NCBI GenBank assembly: GCA_963804995.1
Contig: CAWDSK010000006.1
Coordinates: forward strand, 448,001 to 512,000
Direction: 5' to 3'
DNA: 64,000 bases
From: an uncultured Acidobacteriota bacterium
Lineage (GTDB): Bacteria > Acidobacteriota > Terriglobia > UBA7540
A model generated the notes under the pieces. It ran no database searches. It was not told where the DNA came from and saw nothing but the letters and a program-made list of their open reading frames with translations. Shown piece after piece: positions 18,263-28,224 of this stretch (within the stretch, counting starts at the first letter, position 1; every line of letters begins with the position of its first letter). The position numbers and the translations under genes were made by a program.

Positions 18263-20005
18263 TCATGGGATAATTCCCTCCCTCGGTCGCCGGGAATCGG
18301 CGACCGGCTGAGCCGTTCCCCCCTTGGAAAGCAGGAGCGGCGAGTCCGGACGTGGCAATTCGATCAAAAAGCGCGCCCCCCTTCCAGGCTTGGACTCGAC
18401 TTGGATGGAGCCCTGATGCCCCTGGATGATCTGATAAACGAGCGCCAATCCCAACCCCGTTCCCTCGCTGAAACCTGATTGAAATGGCTCAAAGAGTTTT
18501 TCCAGCTGCACAGATGTAAAGCCGATGCCACTGTCGCTCAGGACGATGCGAACTTTGTCGCCCGTCTCTTCCGCCTGGGCGCTAAGCACCCCTCCGCTGG
18601 GCATCGCTTTGAGCGAGTTGTCACAAATATTCCAAAAGACCTGCCGGAGCTTATCGGCATCGGCGGTCAGCGTCACCGCCCGTCGGGGAAACTTGCGTTC
18701 AATCCGGAACTGCGGGCCAAAAAGCGGATGATGTTCGACCAGCAGAAGAGTCTCCTCCAGCAGATTGACCACGTCAACCCGGTGAAACTCTAATCGTTGG
18801 TCTCGCGAGTACAGCAGAAAATCGGAAACCAGCTTGTTGAGCCGCTCAGATTCCCGGCTGACAATCGCAATCAGCTTCGCCTGATCCTCGTCAAGCTGGC
18901 TGATGGAATCCAAGAGCTTCACAGAGCCTGCGATCGAGGCGAGAGGATTGCGGATTTCATGAGCGATGCCCGCTGCCATGCGGCCCAGGGTCGCCATGCG
19001 GTCTTTGGTCCGGTACTCGACTTCTCGCCGCTTTTCCTCCGTCAAGTCTTGAAAGTTGTAAACGTACCCCACCGCGCCCACTTCTGGCACCACCAGTGGA
19101 GATGATGAGACACCTAGGATGCGGTGCTCCCGCTGGGGATGACGATACGTGATTTCCTGGCGGAAAGGGGGCGAGTCAGCCTCATGCCCGCCCCGATCAT
19201 GTGGCAGGCCGCGGAACACTGTCTCAATCCGTCGCCCACGAAGGACTTCAATCTCGCGGCCCAGAATCTCCGCCCCCGCCGGGTTTAATTCCGTGATGGT
19301 TCCGTCGAGATCGGTGCTCAATAGACCTTCGCTCATACTCTGGATGATGTTTTCGTTTTTGGCCTGGAGGCTGGCGACTTGTCCGCTCTTGTCCCGCAAC
19401 TCAGCCCCAGCCTTGCGAAGACTTTCCGCCAAGTGGCTGGAAAGATAGGCCACTGCAAAAAAGGCGAAAAGGCTCGCACTAATCTTAACCTGCAGCGTTC
19501 TCAGGTCTACCGGCAGGGACGAGGCGGTGGCCAGAATATGCAGAGCCGGGTAATGCTCCACGAGCTGAGGGTAGATACTCGGCAGGTAAGCGAGCTCGAT
19601 TACCGAACCCATCAGCACGAAACTCACCGCCGCCACCATGAACGCCCGGGCGCGGGGAAGAAGGATACTGGCCAGGATGATCGCGACCAGATACAGAGAA
19701 AGATAATTGCTCTCCAGGTCGCCCGTCACATGGAGAATGCCAGTGATGATGACCACATCCAAGAAAATCTGAAGATAGGCCTGCAGCAGATAGTCTTGAC
19801 TGATCTGATTGTAAATCAGGAAGAAGAGGCTCAGGATCAACCAGAGAATGACCGCCACCCCCAAATACTTGATGGAGGTGGCATTGGCAGGGTCAGGAGC
19901 CAATTGCCGGATGGCATAATCGATGGCGAATACAAAAACGATGATCACGAACCGGATCTTGATGACCCACGGAAGCCAATCCTTTATTTCGCCGGTAGAG
20001 GTCAT
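18263..20005 (-). CDS. pilS: Membrane sensor histidine kinase, PilS-like
   Basis: About six TM segments, a PAS region, H-box AHEIRNPL and G-boxes DSGIG/GTGLGL; gene order matches. Confidence 0.87.
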   Translation of the reverse strand: MTSTGEIKDWLPWVIKIRFVIIVFVFAIDYAIRQLAPDPANATSIKYLGVAVILWLILSLFFLIYNQISQDYLLQAYLQIFLDVVIITGILHVTGDLESNYLSLYLVAIILASILLPRARAFMVAAVSFVLMGSVIELAYLPSIYPQLVEHYPALHILATASSLPVDLRTLQVKISASLFAFFAVAYLSSHLAESLRKAGAELRDKSGQVASLQAKNENIIQSMSEGLLSTDLDGTITELNPAGAEILGREIEVLRGRRIETVFRGLPHDRGGHEADSPPFRQEITYRHPQREHRILGVSSSPLVVPEVGAVGYVYNFQDLTEEKRREVEYRTKDRMATLGRMAAGIAHEIRNPLASIAGSVKLLDSISQLDEDQAKLIAIVSRESERLNKLVSDFLLYSRDQRLEFHRVDVVNLLEETLLLVEHHPLFGPQFRIERKFPRRAVTLTADADKLRQVFWNICDNSLKAMPSGGVLSAQAEETGDKVRIVLSDSGIGFTSVQLEKLFEPFQSGFSEGTGLGLALVYQIIQGHQGSIQVESKPGRGARFLIELPRPDSPLLLSKGGTAQPVADSRRPREGIIP

Positions 20006-20331
20006 AAGAACATTCGGGTTAACTACGCCCCCGCGCGGAGGTAATTAGTTCCAAGGCATGAAGGCTGATGCCCCCTGCCCCGTCCCCCGGTTAAGGGGTT
20101 GGGCAAGGCACAATCCAGAATTCATTTTGGCTCCATTTCCTCCCCTCGGTCCGGCGATCTCAGCTTGGAGCCCGAGGCCGGCCGACGAGTGGTGGGGGCG
20201 GCGGACTTGCCGTGACCTGGCTAGGAGGATAGCCCAGGAAAACGGTGGGCTGGCCAACCTATCGCGAGTGGAGTTCTTCCCTGGGGTCCGCCGGCAGCGG
20301 GACGGGGGACCCCAAGTAGCATTTCGGCGTC

Positions 20332-21544
20332 CTAGCCTGCCAGTTTCCCAATCAGACTGAACAGGGGAAGATACATGGAAATAACCACACCGCCAACGAC
20401 CACGCCCAGAATGAGAATGATCATCGGTTCCATCGCGGTAAGCAGATCGCCCACCGCGGCGTCAACTTCGTCCTCATAAAAATCGGCAACCTTATTCAGC
20501 ATGGCATCCAAAGCACCGGTCTGCTCACCCACCCCAATCATTTGTGTGACCATGTTCGGAAACACCCCTGTTTCGCGCAGGGGGTCAACAATCGTCCGGC
20601 CCGTTTCGATGGCCCTCCGGACACTGAGGATGGCCCTTTCAACCACGGCGTTCCCGGAGGTACGCGCGGTGATATCCATGGCTTCGAGCATCGGAACGCC
20701 GCTCGTGATCAGGGTACCCAGGGTACGGGTGAAACGCGCCACAGCGATCTTCCTCATCAGATTTCCGAGCACGGGGAGCTTCAGAATTAACGAGTCAATC
20801 ACCAGCCGGCCATCAGGAGTCTCATAGTATTTCTTGAATCCCCACACGCCAAAACCGGCCGCCACAATCAGCGGGATCGCAAACGTTCCGATGGCGTTGC
20901 TGAGCCCGATCACAATTCGCGTGGGCAAAGGCAACTCTACGCCCAGCCCCGCGAACAGGGTGGCAAAGATGGGAACCACTTTCCAAAGCAGGAGGAAGAT
21001 CACGCCGCCGGCGATAAGCAGCACGGCGATCGGGTAAATCAACGCGGACTGCACGGCGCGCCTGAGTTTGACGGCTTTTTCAATGTAGCCCGAGAGTCGC
21101 TGCAGGATGGTGTCGAGAATACCGCCCGTCTCCGCCAGCCTCCACCATGTTGCAGTAGAGGGGGTCAAAGATCTTGGGATACTGGCGCAGACCATTGGCA
21201 AGCGTTGAGCCCGCCTCCACGGAAGTCCGCACGTCCGTCAACGCCTTCGCAAAGGACTTGTTTTCCTGCTGGGTCGACAAGATCTCCAAGCACTGGACCA
21301 GTGGCAATCCAGCATCAATCATCACCGAAAACTGCCGTGTGAATACGGCGAGCTCTTTGGCGGAAACCTTACCCGCCACCTTGGGCTTGGGAATGGCGAT
21401 CTCTCGTCCCTTTTCAACGATCCGGGTGGGGGTAATCTGCTCCTGGCGGAGCATCGCGTCCAACGCTTCGCGATTGGAAGCGACCCTGGTCCCACTTACC
21501 GACTGGCCAGTTCGCGAAGTCCCACGATATTCAAATTGCGCCAT
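20332..21544 (-). CDS. pilC: Type IV pilus platform protein PilC, with a +1 frameshift at about 21132 (probably a sequencing error)
   Basis: Two overlapping ORFs join into MVEAGETGGILDTIL when one C at 21132-21133 is removed; FTRQFSVMIDAGLPL and GEQTGALD motifs. Confidence 0.9.
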
Positions 21545-21624
21545 CGCTTCACCTCACTCCGTTCTGCTCCGCCCCTTTCCCGGCGCCGCCACCCTGGAGG
21601 CCTGTCTGGGGCCAACCGAGCGCG

Positions 21625-22755
21625 CTACCTCCGAGCAGGAGCATAAGGCATCGGCGGTCGCTGCACAGTTCCGCCCACGGCGCCGCCCCGATTAATCATG
21701 TCCTGAAGTTCGTCGACATTGCTCGAACGGCTCAGCGCCGTCTCCAGGGTAATCGCTTTCTGCTGATAATTTGCAAACAGCGCTTGGTTAAAAGTCTGCA
21801 TTCCGAACTTATCCTGGCCCGACTGCATGGTGGAGTAGATCTGGTGAATCTTGTCCTCGCGGATGAGATTTCGAACCGCCGCATTCGGAATCAGGATTTC
21901 CATGGCCATTACCCGGCCCCGCCCGTCTGCCCTGGGCAAGAGCGACTGGCAAAGCACGGCCTCCAGCACCAGTGACAATTGCGCCCGGATCTGCGACTGC
22001 TGGTGCGAGGGAAACACGTCGATGATTCGGTTGATGGTCGAAGAGGCGGAGTTCGTGTGCAGGGTGGCAAACGTCAGGTGGCCCGTTTCAGCAATACGCA
22101 GCGCCGACTCAATGGTCTCCAGGTCGCGCATTTCACCGATCAGCACCACGTCGGGGTCCTCACGCAGAGCGGCGCGCAACGCGTTGGAAAAGGATTGCGT
22201 GTCCGAGTGAACTTCGCGCTGGTTCACCAGGCATTTCTTGTGCGGGTGGATAAACTCGATGGGGTCCTCGATCGTGAGCATATGCTCATAGCGGGTTTGG
22301 TTGATCACGTTGAGCATGGTGGCCAGGGTGGTCGACTTCCCGCTGCCGGTCGGACCGGTCACCAAAATGAGTCCCCGGGGCTTTTCGCAAAGCTTGCGAA
22401 GGATGGGGGGTAGCATGAGCTGCTCGAAGGTTCTGATCTCGAAGGGGATCACGCGGAAGACACCCGCCGTGGCGCCGCGCTGATTGAAGAGATTCCCACG
22501 GAAGCGGGCGATGTTCTTGATCCCAAAAGAAAAGTCGAGCTCGAGGCTTTCCTCAAACCGGTGCTTTTGGTTGTCGGTCAGAATGCTGTAGGCGAGCTGT
22601 TTCGTGTCCGCAGGACCCAGGGGAGGAACATCGTCCAGCGGCTTCAGTTCGCCGTGGATACGAACACGCGGCGGTGAGTTGGTGGTAATGTGGAGGTCGG
22701 AGCCTCCCGAATCGACCATCCTCTTCAGCAGTTCGCTGAGTGTTGGTAACGCCAT
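21625..22755 (-). CDS. pilT: Type IV pilus retraction ATPase
   Basis: GPTGSGKS, ALREDPD, TGHL and AVRNLIRE motifs. Confidence 0.95.
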   Translation of the reverse strand: MALPTLSELLKRMVDSGGSDLHITTNSPPRVRIHGELKPLDDVPPLGPADTKQLAYSILTDNQKHRFEESLELDFSFGIKNIARFRGNLFNQRGATAGVFRVIPFEIRTFEQLMLPPILRKLCEKPRGLILVTGPTGSGKSTTLATMLNVINQTRYEHMLTIEDPIEFIHPHKKCLVNQREVHSDTQSFSNALRAALREDPDVVLIGEMRDLETIESALRIAETGHLTFATLHTNSASSTINRIIDVFPSHQQSQIRAQLSLVLEAVLCQSLLPRADGRGRVMAMEILIPNAAVRNLIREDKIHQIYSTMQSGQDKFGMQTFNQALFANYQQKAITLETALSRSSNVDELQDMINRGGAVGGTVQRPPMPYAPARR

Positions 22756-22805
22756 TACTTCTGCACTCCTTTGGGGGGCCGCCCCGTCCTCAGCCGAGCG
22801 ACCGG

Positions 22806-24536
22806 CTAAAGCACCGTTTCACGAAAAACTTCTTCGAGCGTTGTCATCCCCGCCGCGCATTTGATCAACCCGCTCCGCCGCAAGCTGATCATCCCCTGGT
22901 CGATCGATTTCTTCCTGAGTTCGAGAGCCGACGCTCCCACCAGGATCAGTTCGCGAAGCTCATCGGTAACCTCGACGATCTCGTATAGGGCCACGCGTCC
23001 CTTATAGCCTCTGTTACCACAGGTGGAACACCCCGCGCCTTTATAGACTTTCACCGTCTTGGCTTCTTCCGGGGTGTAGCCTGCGTCAATGAGCAATTGG
23101 GGGGATACCGCCTCCACAGTTTTGCAGTCCTGGCAAATCCTCCGGACCAGGCGCTGGGCGCAGATCAAGTGCACCGAAGTGGCCACCAGGAACGGTTCGA
23201 TGCCCATGTTCATCAATCGCGAAATGGTAGAGGGTGCATCGTTGGTGTGCAGGGTCGAAAGAACCAGGTGGCCCGTGAGCGCCGCCTTGATGGCAATTTC
23301 CGCGGTTTCAAAGTCCCGGATCTCACCCACCAGGATAATGTTGGGATCTTGCCGCAGGAAGGCGCGCAGGGCGGCCGCGAAGTTCAGCCCAATCTGCTCC
23401 TTCATCTGCACCTGGTTGATGCCGGGCAATTGAAACTCCACGGGGTCTTCCGCGGTAATAATGTTGGTTTCCGGCTTGTTGAGCTGCGAAATCGAGGAAT
23501 AGAGCGTGTTGGTCTTTCCGCTTCCGGTGGGCCCGGTCACCAGAACCATGCCATAGGGCTTGAAAATCGCCTTCTGGAATTTATCCAGTGACTCCTGCTC
23601 AAACCCCAGCTTGGTCATGTCGAGGCGCAGGTTTTCTTTGTCCAACAAGCGCATGACGACCTTTTCGCCGTGCAGCGTGGGAAGCACCGAGACGCGGAAG
23701 TCGAGCGACTTCTTCTTCCCATCCTTCATCATTTTGATCATGATGCGCCCGTCTTGCGGCAGGCGCTTTTCAGAGATATCCAACTTCGACATGATCTTGA
23801 TGCGGCTGATAATGGCGTCGCGCAGTTTGAAGGGTGGATTCATGATGGTCTGGAGCAAGCCATCCACGCGGTAGCGGACGCGGTATTCCTTTTCGTAAGG
23901 CTCCAGGTGAATGTCACTGGCCCCACGCTTGACCGCGTCGGTCAGAATATAGTTGACCAGTTTGATGACCGGAGCTTCCTCGGCCGCTCTCTCCAATTGC
24001 TCCAGGTTTAACATCCCATCTTCGTCAGCCTCCAGCTCCAGGCTTTCGGTTTGGCTTTCATCAATGAAGCTGACGATTTCTTCCAGCTCTCTCCTGCGTT
24101 CCTGGTCCTCAATGCTTCCATAGTTTTTTTTGATGGCATCCACGATGGCCGCTTCGGACGCCACCACCGGTTCGATGTTGAATCCGGTCATGAACTTGAT
24201 ATCGTCCATGGCGAATACATTGGTGGGATCCACCATGGCCAACGTCAACGACGATCCCACCCGGCTGAGCGGCAGCACCTGGTATTTCAGCGACGTTTCC
24301 ATGGGGATCAGTTTGATAACATTGGGATCGACTTCAAAATAGGCGAGGTTGATGGAAGGAACACCATACTGCCGGGAAAGGACGGCAGTGACCTCATCGT
24401 CATTTAGAAAACCCAACTTAACCAGGGAATTCCCCAGCCTACCCCCGTTCGCCTTCTGGTGATCAAGCGCTTGCTTGAGCTGATCCGGGGTAATCAGGTT
24501 TTCTTTAATCAGGATTTCGCCGAGCTTGCCAGACAT
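22806..24536 (-). CDS. pilB: Type IV pilus extension ATPase
   Basis: MshEN-like KLGEIL N-terminus, GPTGSGKT, LRQDP and a tetracysteine motif. Confidence 0.95.
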   Translation of the reverse strand: MSGKLGEILIKENLITPDQLKQALDHQKANGGRLGNSLVKLGFLNDDEVTAVLSRQYGVPSINLAYFEVDPNVIKLIPMETSLKYQVLPLSRVGSSLTLAMVDPTNVFAMDDIKFMTGFNIEPVVASEAAIVDAIKKNYGSIEDQERRRELEEIVSFIDESQTESLELEADEDGMLNLEQLERAAEEAPVIKLVNYILTDAVKRGASDIHLEPYEKEYRVRYRVDGLLQTIMNPPFKLRDAIISRIKIMSKLDISEKRLPQDGRIMIKMMKDGKKKSLDFRVSVLPTLHGEKVVMRLLDKENLRLDMTKLGFEQESLDKFQKAIFKPYGMVLVTGPTGSGKTNTLYSSISQLNKPETNIITAEDPVEFQLPGINQVQMKEQIGLNFAAALRAFLRQDPNIILVGEIRDFETAEIAIKAALTGHLVLSTLHTNDAPSTISRLMNMGIEPFLVATSVHLICAQRLVRRICQDCKTVEAVSPQLLIDAGYTPEEAKTVKVYKGAGCSTCGNRGYKGRVALYEIVEVTDELRELILVGASALELRKKSIDQGMISLRRSGLIKCAAGMTTLEEVFRETVL

Positions 24537-24834
24537 TCCCCAACCCCTCGCTATCCCGGCTTAGTCTACACCGCTCCATGAGACCGCACGCCCTTGTGTG
24601 ACTCCATGGCAAGTCTCTGAAAGTCACGTAGTTAATTGAATCGTAAGGAACTCCTCGCAAGATGTCAAGGCGATTTCCCACACCCACTGGCGCGCCAGGA
24701 AACACCCCCGGCCGCCCTCCGGCCCGAGCCTCGAAGGGTTGCCCTCGCCAGTATGATTCACCCGGTCACCTCGGCGGCTTTCGCCCCCCCGGGCACCTTG
24801 ACTTTGGGGTAGGGCGAGTATAACTTTTCATAAT

Positions 24835-25590
24835 ATGCAATGGATAGCTCAGCCGTGCGAGGCGGCGCCAGGTGAAACACTTCGCCGGTTCTACCGGACA
24901 CTGCTGGAACGCCTGGGGCCGCAAGGTTGGTGGCCTGCCAAAACGCGCTTGGAAATGATCCTGGGCGCCATTCTTACCCAGAACACGACTTGGCGAAATG
25001 CCACGTTGGCCTTGAAGAACCTCCGCAGGGCCGGGCTGCTCTCCTGGCGAGGTCTTCGGCGGACCCCCTTAAACGAACTGGAGCTCGCGGTGAGGCCGGC
25101 CGGCTTTTATCGGCAGAAAGCCAGGACGATTCACCTTTTTGCGGACTGGCTCGAGCATGCCTTTGGCGGCTCGTTGGAGGCCCTCTTTAAGTTAGGGCCC
25201 CAGCCCGCCCGGCAGGGACTTCTCACTCTCCAGGGTATTGGCCCGGAGACGGCGGATGCGATTCTGTTGTATGCGGGACGGCTCCCCCTCTTTGTTGCGG
25301 ATGCTTATACCCGCCGGGTTCTTTCCCGTCATCAACTCCTTCCCGCGACAGCCAGTTACGAGTCCGCCCAGCAATTCCTGCACCAGCACCTGGGATCTGA
25401 TCAGGCGATGTACAATGAGTTTCACGCCCTGCTGGTTGAGGTCGCCAAACGCTATTGCCAGCGACAAGTGGCGCACTGTGAGGAATGCCCCCTGCGCGAG
25501 TTCCTTCCGTCAGGGCTGGCCCAAGAATTACAGGCTGCTGCCACCATGGGGCAGGACAGAAGGCTGACGCTCAGGAACGCCACCGCATAG
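24835..25590 (+). CDS. Endonuclease III-related HhH-GPD protein
   Basis: GAILTQNT, GIGPETADAILLY, a DAY motif and a C-terminal C-x6-C-x2-C. Confidence 0.85.
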   Translation: MQWIAQPCEAAPGETLRRFYRTLLERLGPQGWWPAKTRLEMILGAILTQNTTWRNATLALKNLRRAGLLSWRGLRRTPLNELELAVRPAGFYRQKARTIHLFADWLEHAFGGSLEALFKLGPQPARQGLLTLQGIGPETADAILLYAGRLPLFVADAYTRRVLSRHQLLPATASYESAQQFLHQHLGSDQAMYNEFHALLVEVAKRYCQRQVAHCEECPLREFLPSGLAQELQAAATMGQDRRLTLRNATA

Positions 25591-25599
25591 GCGACGGTT

Positions 25600-27855
25600 A
25601 TGAATACTGATCCGGCTCAACGGCGCAAGATTATCCTGATGGTGTTGCTGGTCGTTGTCCCGGCCCTTTTCTTCCTGGGCTGGAGTCAAGTCTCGCTCCA
25701 GTTGTGGTTCTTCATTCATCCCACTAATTCCGAACAAACCATCTTGTTGCTGGCTCTTTCCACGGTCATTTTCCTTGCCTTTGTGATTTTTGCGCTCATC
25801 CTGCTGCGCATTCTTTTGAAACTCTATGTGGAACGAAAGCAACAGCAACTGGGGGCGCGCTTCAAGACCAAAATGGTGGTGGCGTTCCTGGGACTCTCCC
25901 TGGTACCGGTCTGTTTTCTCTTCGTCTTTTCCTCCTGGTTGCTGAACCGCACCATCGACCGATGGTTCAGCGTCCCCCTTGACCTGATCCGGCAGGACTC
26001 AGAGGAACTGGTGCGGCAGCTCGAACTCCAGGCCGCCCAGCGCGCCGACCACATTTCCAACTTTCTGGCGGAGAGTGCGGAAATGATCGAGGCCATGGAG
26101 CACCACCGGACTCCCGTGGTGGCGCGACTGGTGACGCAGGAGGTAACCGCGGACCCTGGAACCGTCGCCGCCATGTGCTTTGATTCCTCTGGCCGGCTGG
26201 TGGCCCAAGCGGGAGACCCGTGGCCCGATGCAGCCGCCGTCGCCGGATATTTTCCCCAAGTTCGGGGAGGCAGCATCCCCCCAAGCGGCCTCATCGGACA
26301 CTGGCCGGTGGGAGAATATGTGCTCTTCATTTCAGTTGACCCGATCCTCAATGCGGCTGGCACGCGGCTGGGAACAGTCGCTGGTATCACGCGCTTGCCC
26401 GCGAAGCTCACCTTGATCTCCAGTGAAATCTCCCGGGAGACCCAGAAATACAACGACCTCACGCGGGAAAGAAAAGCCGTCAAGCGCAATTACCTTTCCA
26501 TGCTCTGGCTGCTGACCCTGCTCATTCTTTTCATGGCCACCTGGTTCGCACTTTTCCTTTCCAAGCAGGTCACCATTCCCATCCAGGCGCTGGCGCGAGC
26601 CACGCACGAGGTTTCGCAGGGCAACCTGGGATTCCAAATCAATGCGCGCGCCGACGACGAGTTGGGAGTGCTGGTGCATTCCTTCAACCAGATGACCCTG
26701 CAACTGCTGGAGAACCGGCGCGCCATCGAGCAAGCCTCCCTCAAGCTCCAGGAGGCCAATCGCCAATTGGAGGAGCGCGGCAACACGATCGAAGCCATCC
26801 TGGAAAACATTCCCACCGGAGTCATTTCGTTTGATCCGCAAGGCCAAATCACGCGGCTGAACTCTACTGCCGAACGGATGTTTGGCGGGGCCCCCGTCCG
26901 CTCGGCCCACCTCCTCTCCGACCTTTTCTCTCCCGAGGACTCGCTGGAAATTATCCGCATGTTCCGGCGTGCCGGCCGCCAGGGTGTGGTCACGCACCAG
27001 ATGGAACTCAACCTGGGAGGGCGCTCAACCTTTGTGGCGCTGACCCTCTCCTCCGTTCAGGCTCGGCATGGGCGGGTGGGATCCGTCCTGGTGATAGAAG
27101 ACCTTACCGAAGTCTTACAAGCGCAGCGCTCTGCCGCCTGGCGGGAGGTCGCCCAGCGCATCGCCCACGAAATCAAGAACCCGCTCACCCCCATTCAGCT
27201 TTCCACGGAGCGCATTCTGCGGCTGATTGAGCGCGCCGGGGCCGCTGCCCCCTCGCCGGAACTGCTGGCCGCCGTGGGTGACAGCGCCTCGTTGATTGGC
27301 CGCGAGGTCAGCACTCTGAAGACGCTCGTCGATGAGTTCTCCGCCTTTGCGCGTTTCCCAACTTCCAAACCGGTACCCTCCAGCGTCAATGACATCCTGG
27401 AAAACGCCTTGAATGTCTTCGAAGGACGCTTGGACGGGGTCAAAATCCATCGCGACTTGTCTCCCGGCTTGCCCGTCGTCCAGGCCGATCCCGACCAGAT
27501 GAAGCGCGTCGTGGTCAATTTGATTGATAATGCTGCGGAAGCTCTGGAACATTCCTTGCGCAAGGAAATCTGGGTCAGCAGCGCGCTGGACTCTGAGCGC
27601 GACGTGGTGGAAATCACGGTCGCGGATAGTGGCCCGGGAATCCCCCCGGAAGCCAAGGAAAGATTGTTCCTGCCTTACTTCTCCACCAAGCGTACGGGAA
27701 CCGGTCTGGGCTTGGCGATCGTCAATCGCATCGTCACCGAGCACCACGGCTCCATTCGCGCCGAGGAGAACCTGCCCACGGGCAGCAAGTTTGTCATCGA
27801 ACTGCCCGTGGAACGAACCCCCGCCGAGCCAGCCACAGCGCGCGAGATGTCGTAA
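25600..27855 (+). CDS. NtrY-like HAMP/PAS sensor histidine kinase
   Basis: AWREVAQRIAHEIKNPLTPIQLS H-box typical of the NtrY family; HAMP and PAS regions. Confidence 0.88.
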   Translation: MNTDPAQRRKIILMVLLVVVPALFFLGWSQVSLQLWFFIHPTNSEQTILLLALSTVIFLAFVIFALILLRILLKLYVERKQQQLGARFKTKMVVAFLGLSLVPVCFLFVFSSWLLNRTIDRWFSVPLDLIRQDSEELVRQLELQAAQRADHISNFLAESAEMIEAMEHHRTPVVARLVTQEVTADPGTVAAMCFDSSGRLVAQAGDPWPDAAAVAGYFPQVRGGSIPPSGLIGHWPVGEYVLFISVDPILNAAGTRLGTVAGITRLPAKLTLISSEISRETQKYNDLTRERKAVKRNYLSMLWLLTLLILFMATWFALFLSKQVTIPIQALARATHEVSQGNLGFQINARADDELGVLVHSFNQMTLQLLENRRAIEQASLKLQEANRQLEERGNTIEAILENIPTGVISFDPQGQITRLNSTAERMFGGAPVRSAHLLSDLFSPEDSLEIIRMFRRAGRQGVVTHQMELNLGGRSTFVALTLSSVQARHGRVGSVLVIEDLTEVLQAQRSAAWREVAQRIAHEIKNPLTPIQLSTERILRLIERAGAAAPSPELLAAVGDSASLIGREVSTLKTLVDEFSAFARFPTSKPVPSSVNDILENALNVFEGRLDGVKIHRDLSPGLPVVQADPDQMKRVVVNLIDNAAEALEHSLRKEIWVSSALDSERDVVEITVADSGPGIPPEAKERLFLPYFSTKRTGTGLGLAIVNRIVTEHHGSIRAEENLPTGSKFVIELPVERTPAEPATAREMS

Positions 27856-27910
27856 AGCGGCTGGCCAAATTACCAATCGACCCGCGCGATCTCTGCCCTG
27901 AAAATGCACG

Positions 27911-28084
27911 CCTCCTGAATCAGGAGGCGAGCTATTTAAGAACTCCCCGCCTCAGGTGCCCGCGTAACCACCCCGTCGCCTCCGGCGCCACCCCTCCTGA
28001 ATCAGGAGGGGAGTTCTTAAGTAACTCCCCGCCTCAGATGAGGAGGGGTGGCGCGCCGAGCGCCGGGGTGGCGCTGACAAGATA
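27911..28084. repeat. Palindromic repeat cluster (CCCCTCCTGAATCAGGAGGGG / CTCCCCGCCTCAGATGAGGAGGGG family)
   Basis: Internal duplications; a partial copy is present at 31858-31909. Confidence 0.75.
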
Positions 28085-28224
28085 ATGGGGCGGCCGGCTG
28101 GCGGAAATCGCGGCTCCTCGTTATCGGCGTCCCAAGAAAATGCGCGGAACTTTCCGCCCCCTCAAACGTATGAGGTTACGGGGGCAGCTTTCAGCCCAAA
28201 CCAAGCTGGCCAGGGGGCCGGATC

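Noticed and set aside
21121..21140. Phase variation of pilC
   Set aside because: There is no homopolymer or simple-sequence tract at the frameshift, and the same error signature appears in three unrelated genes.
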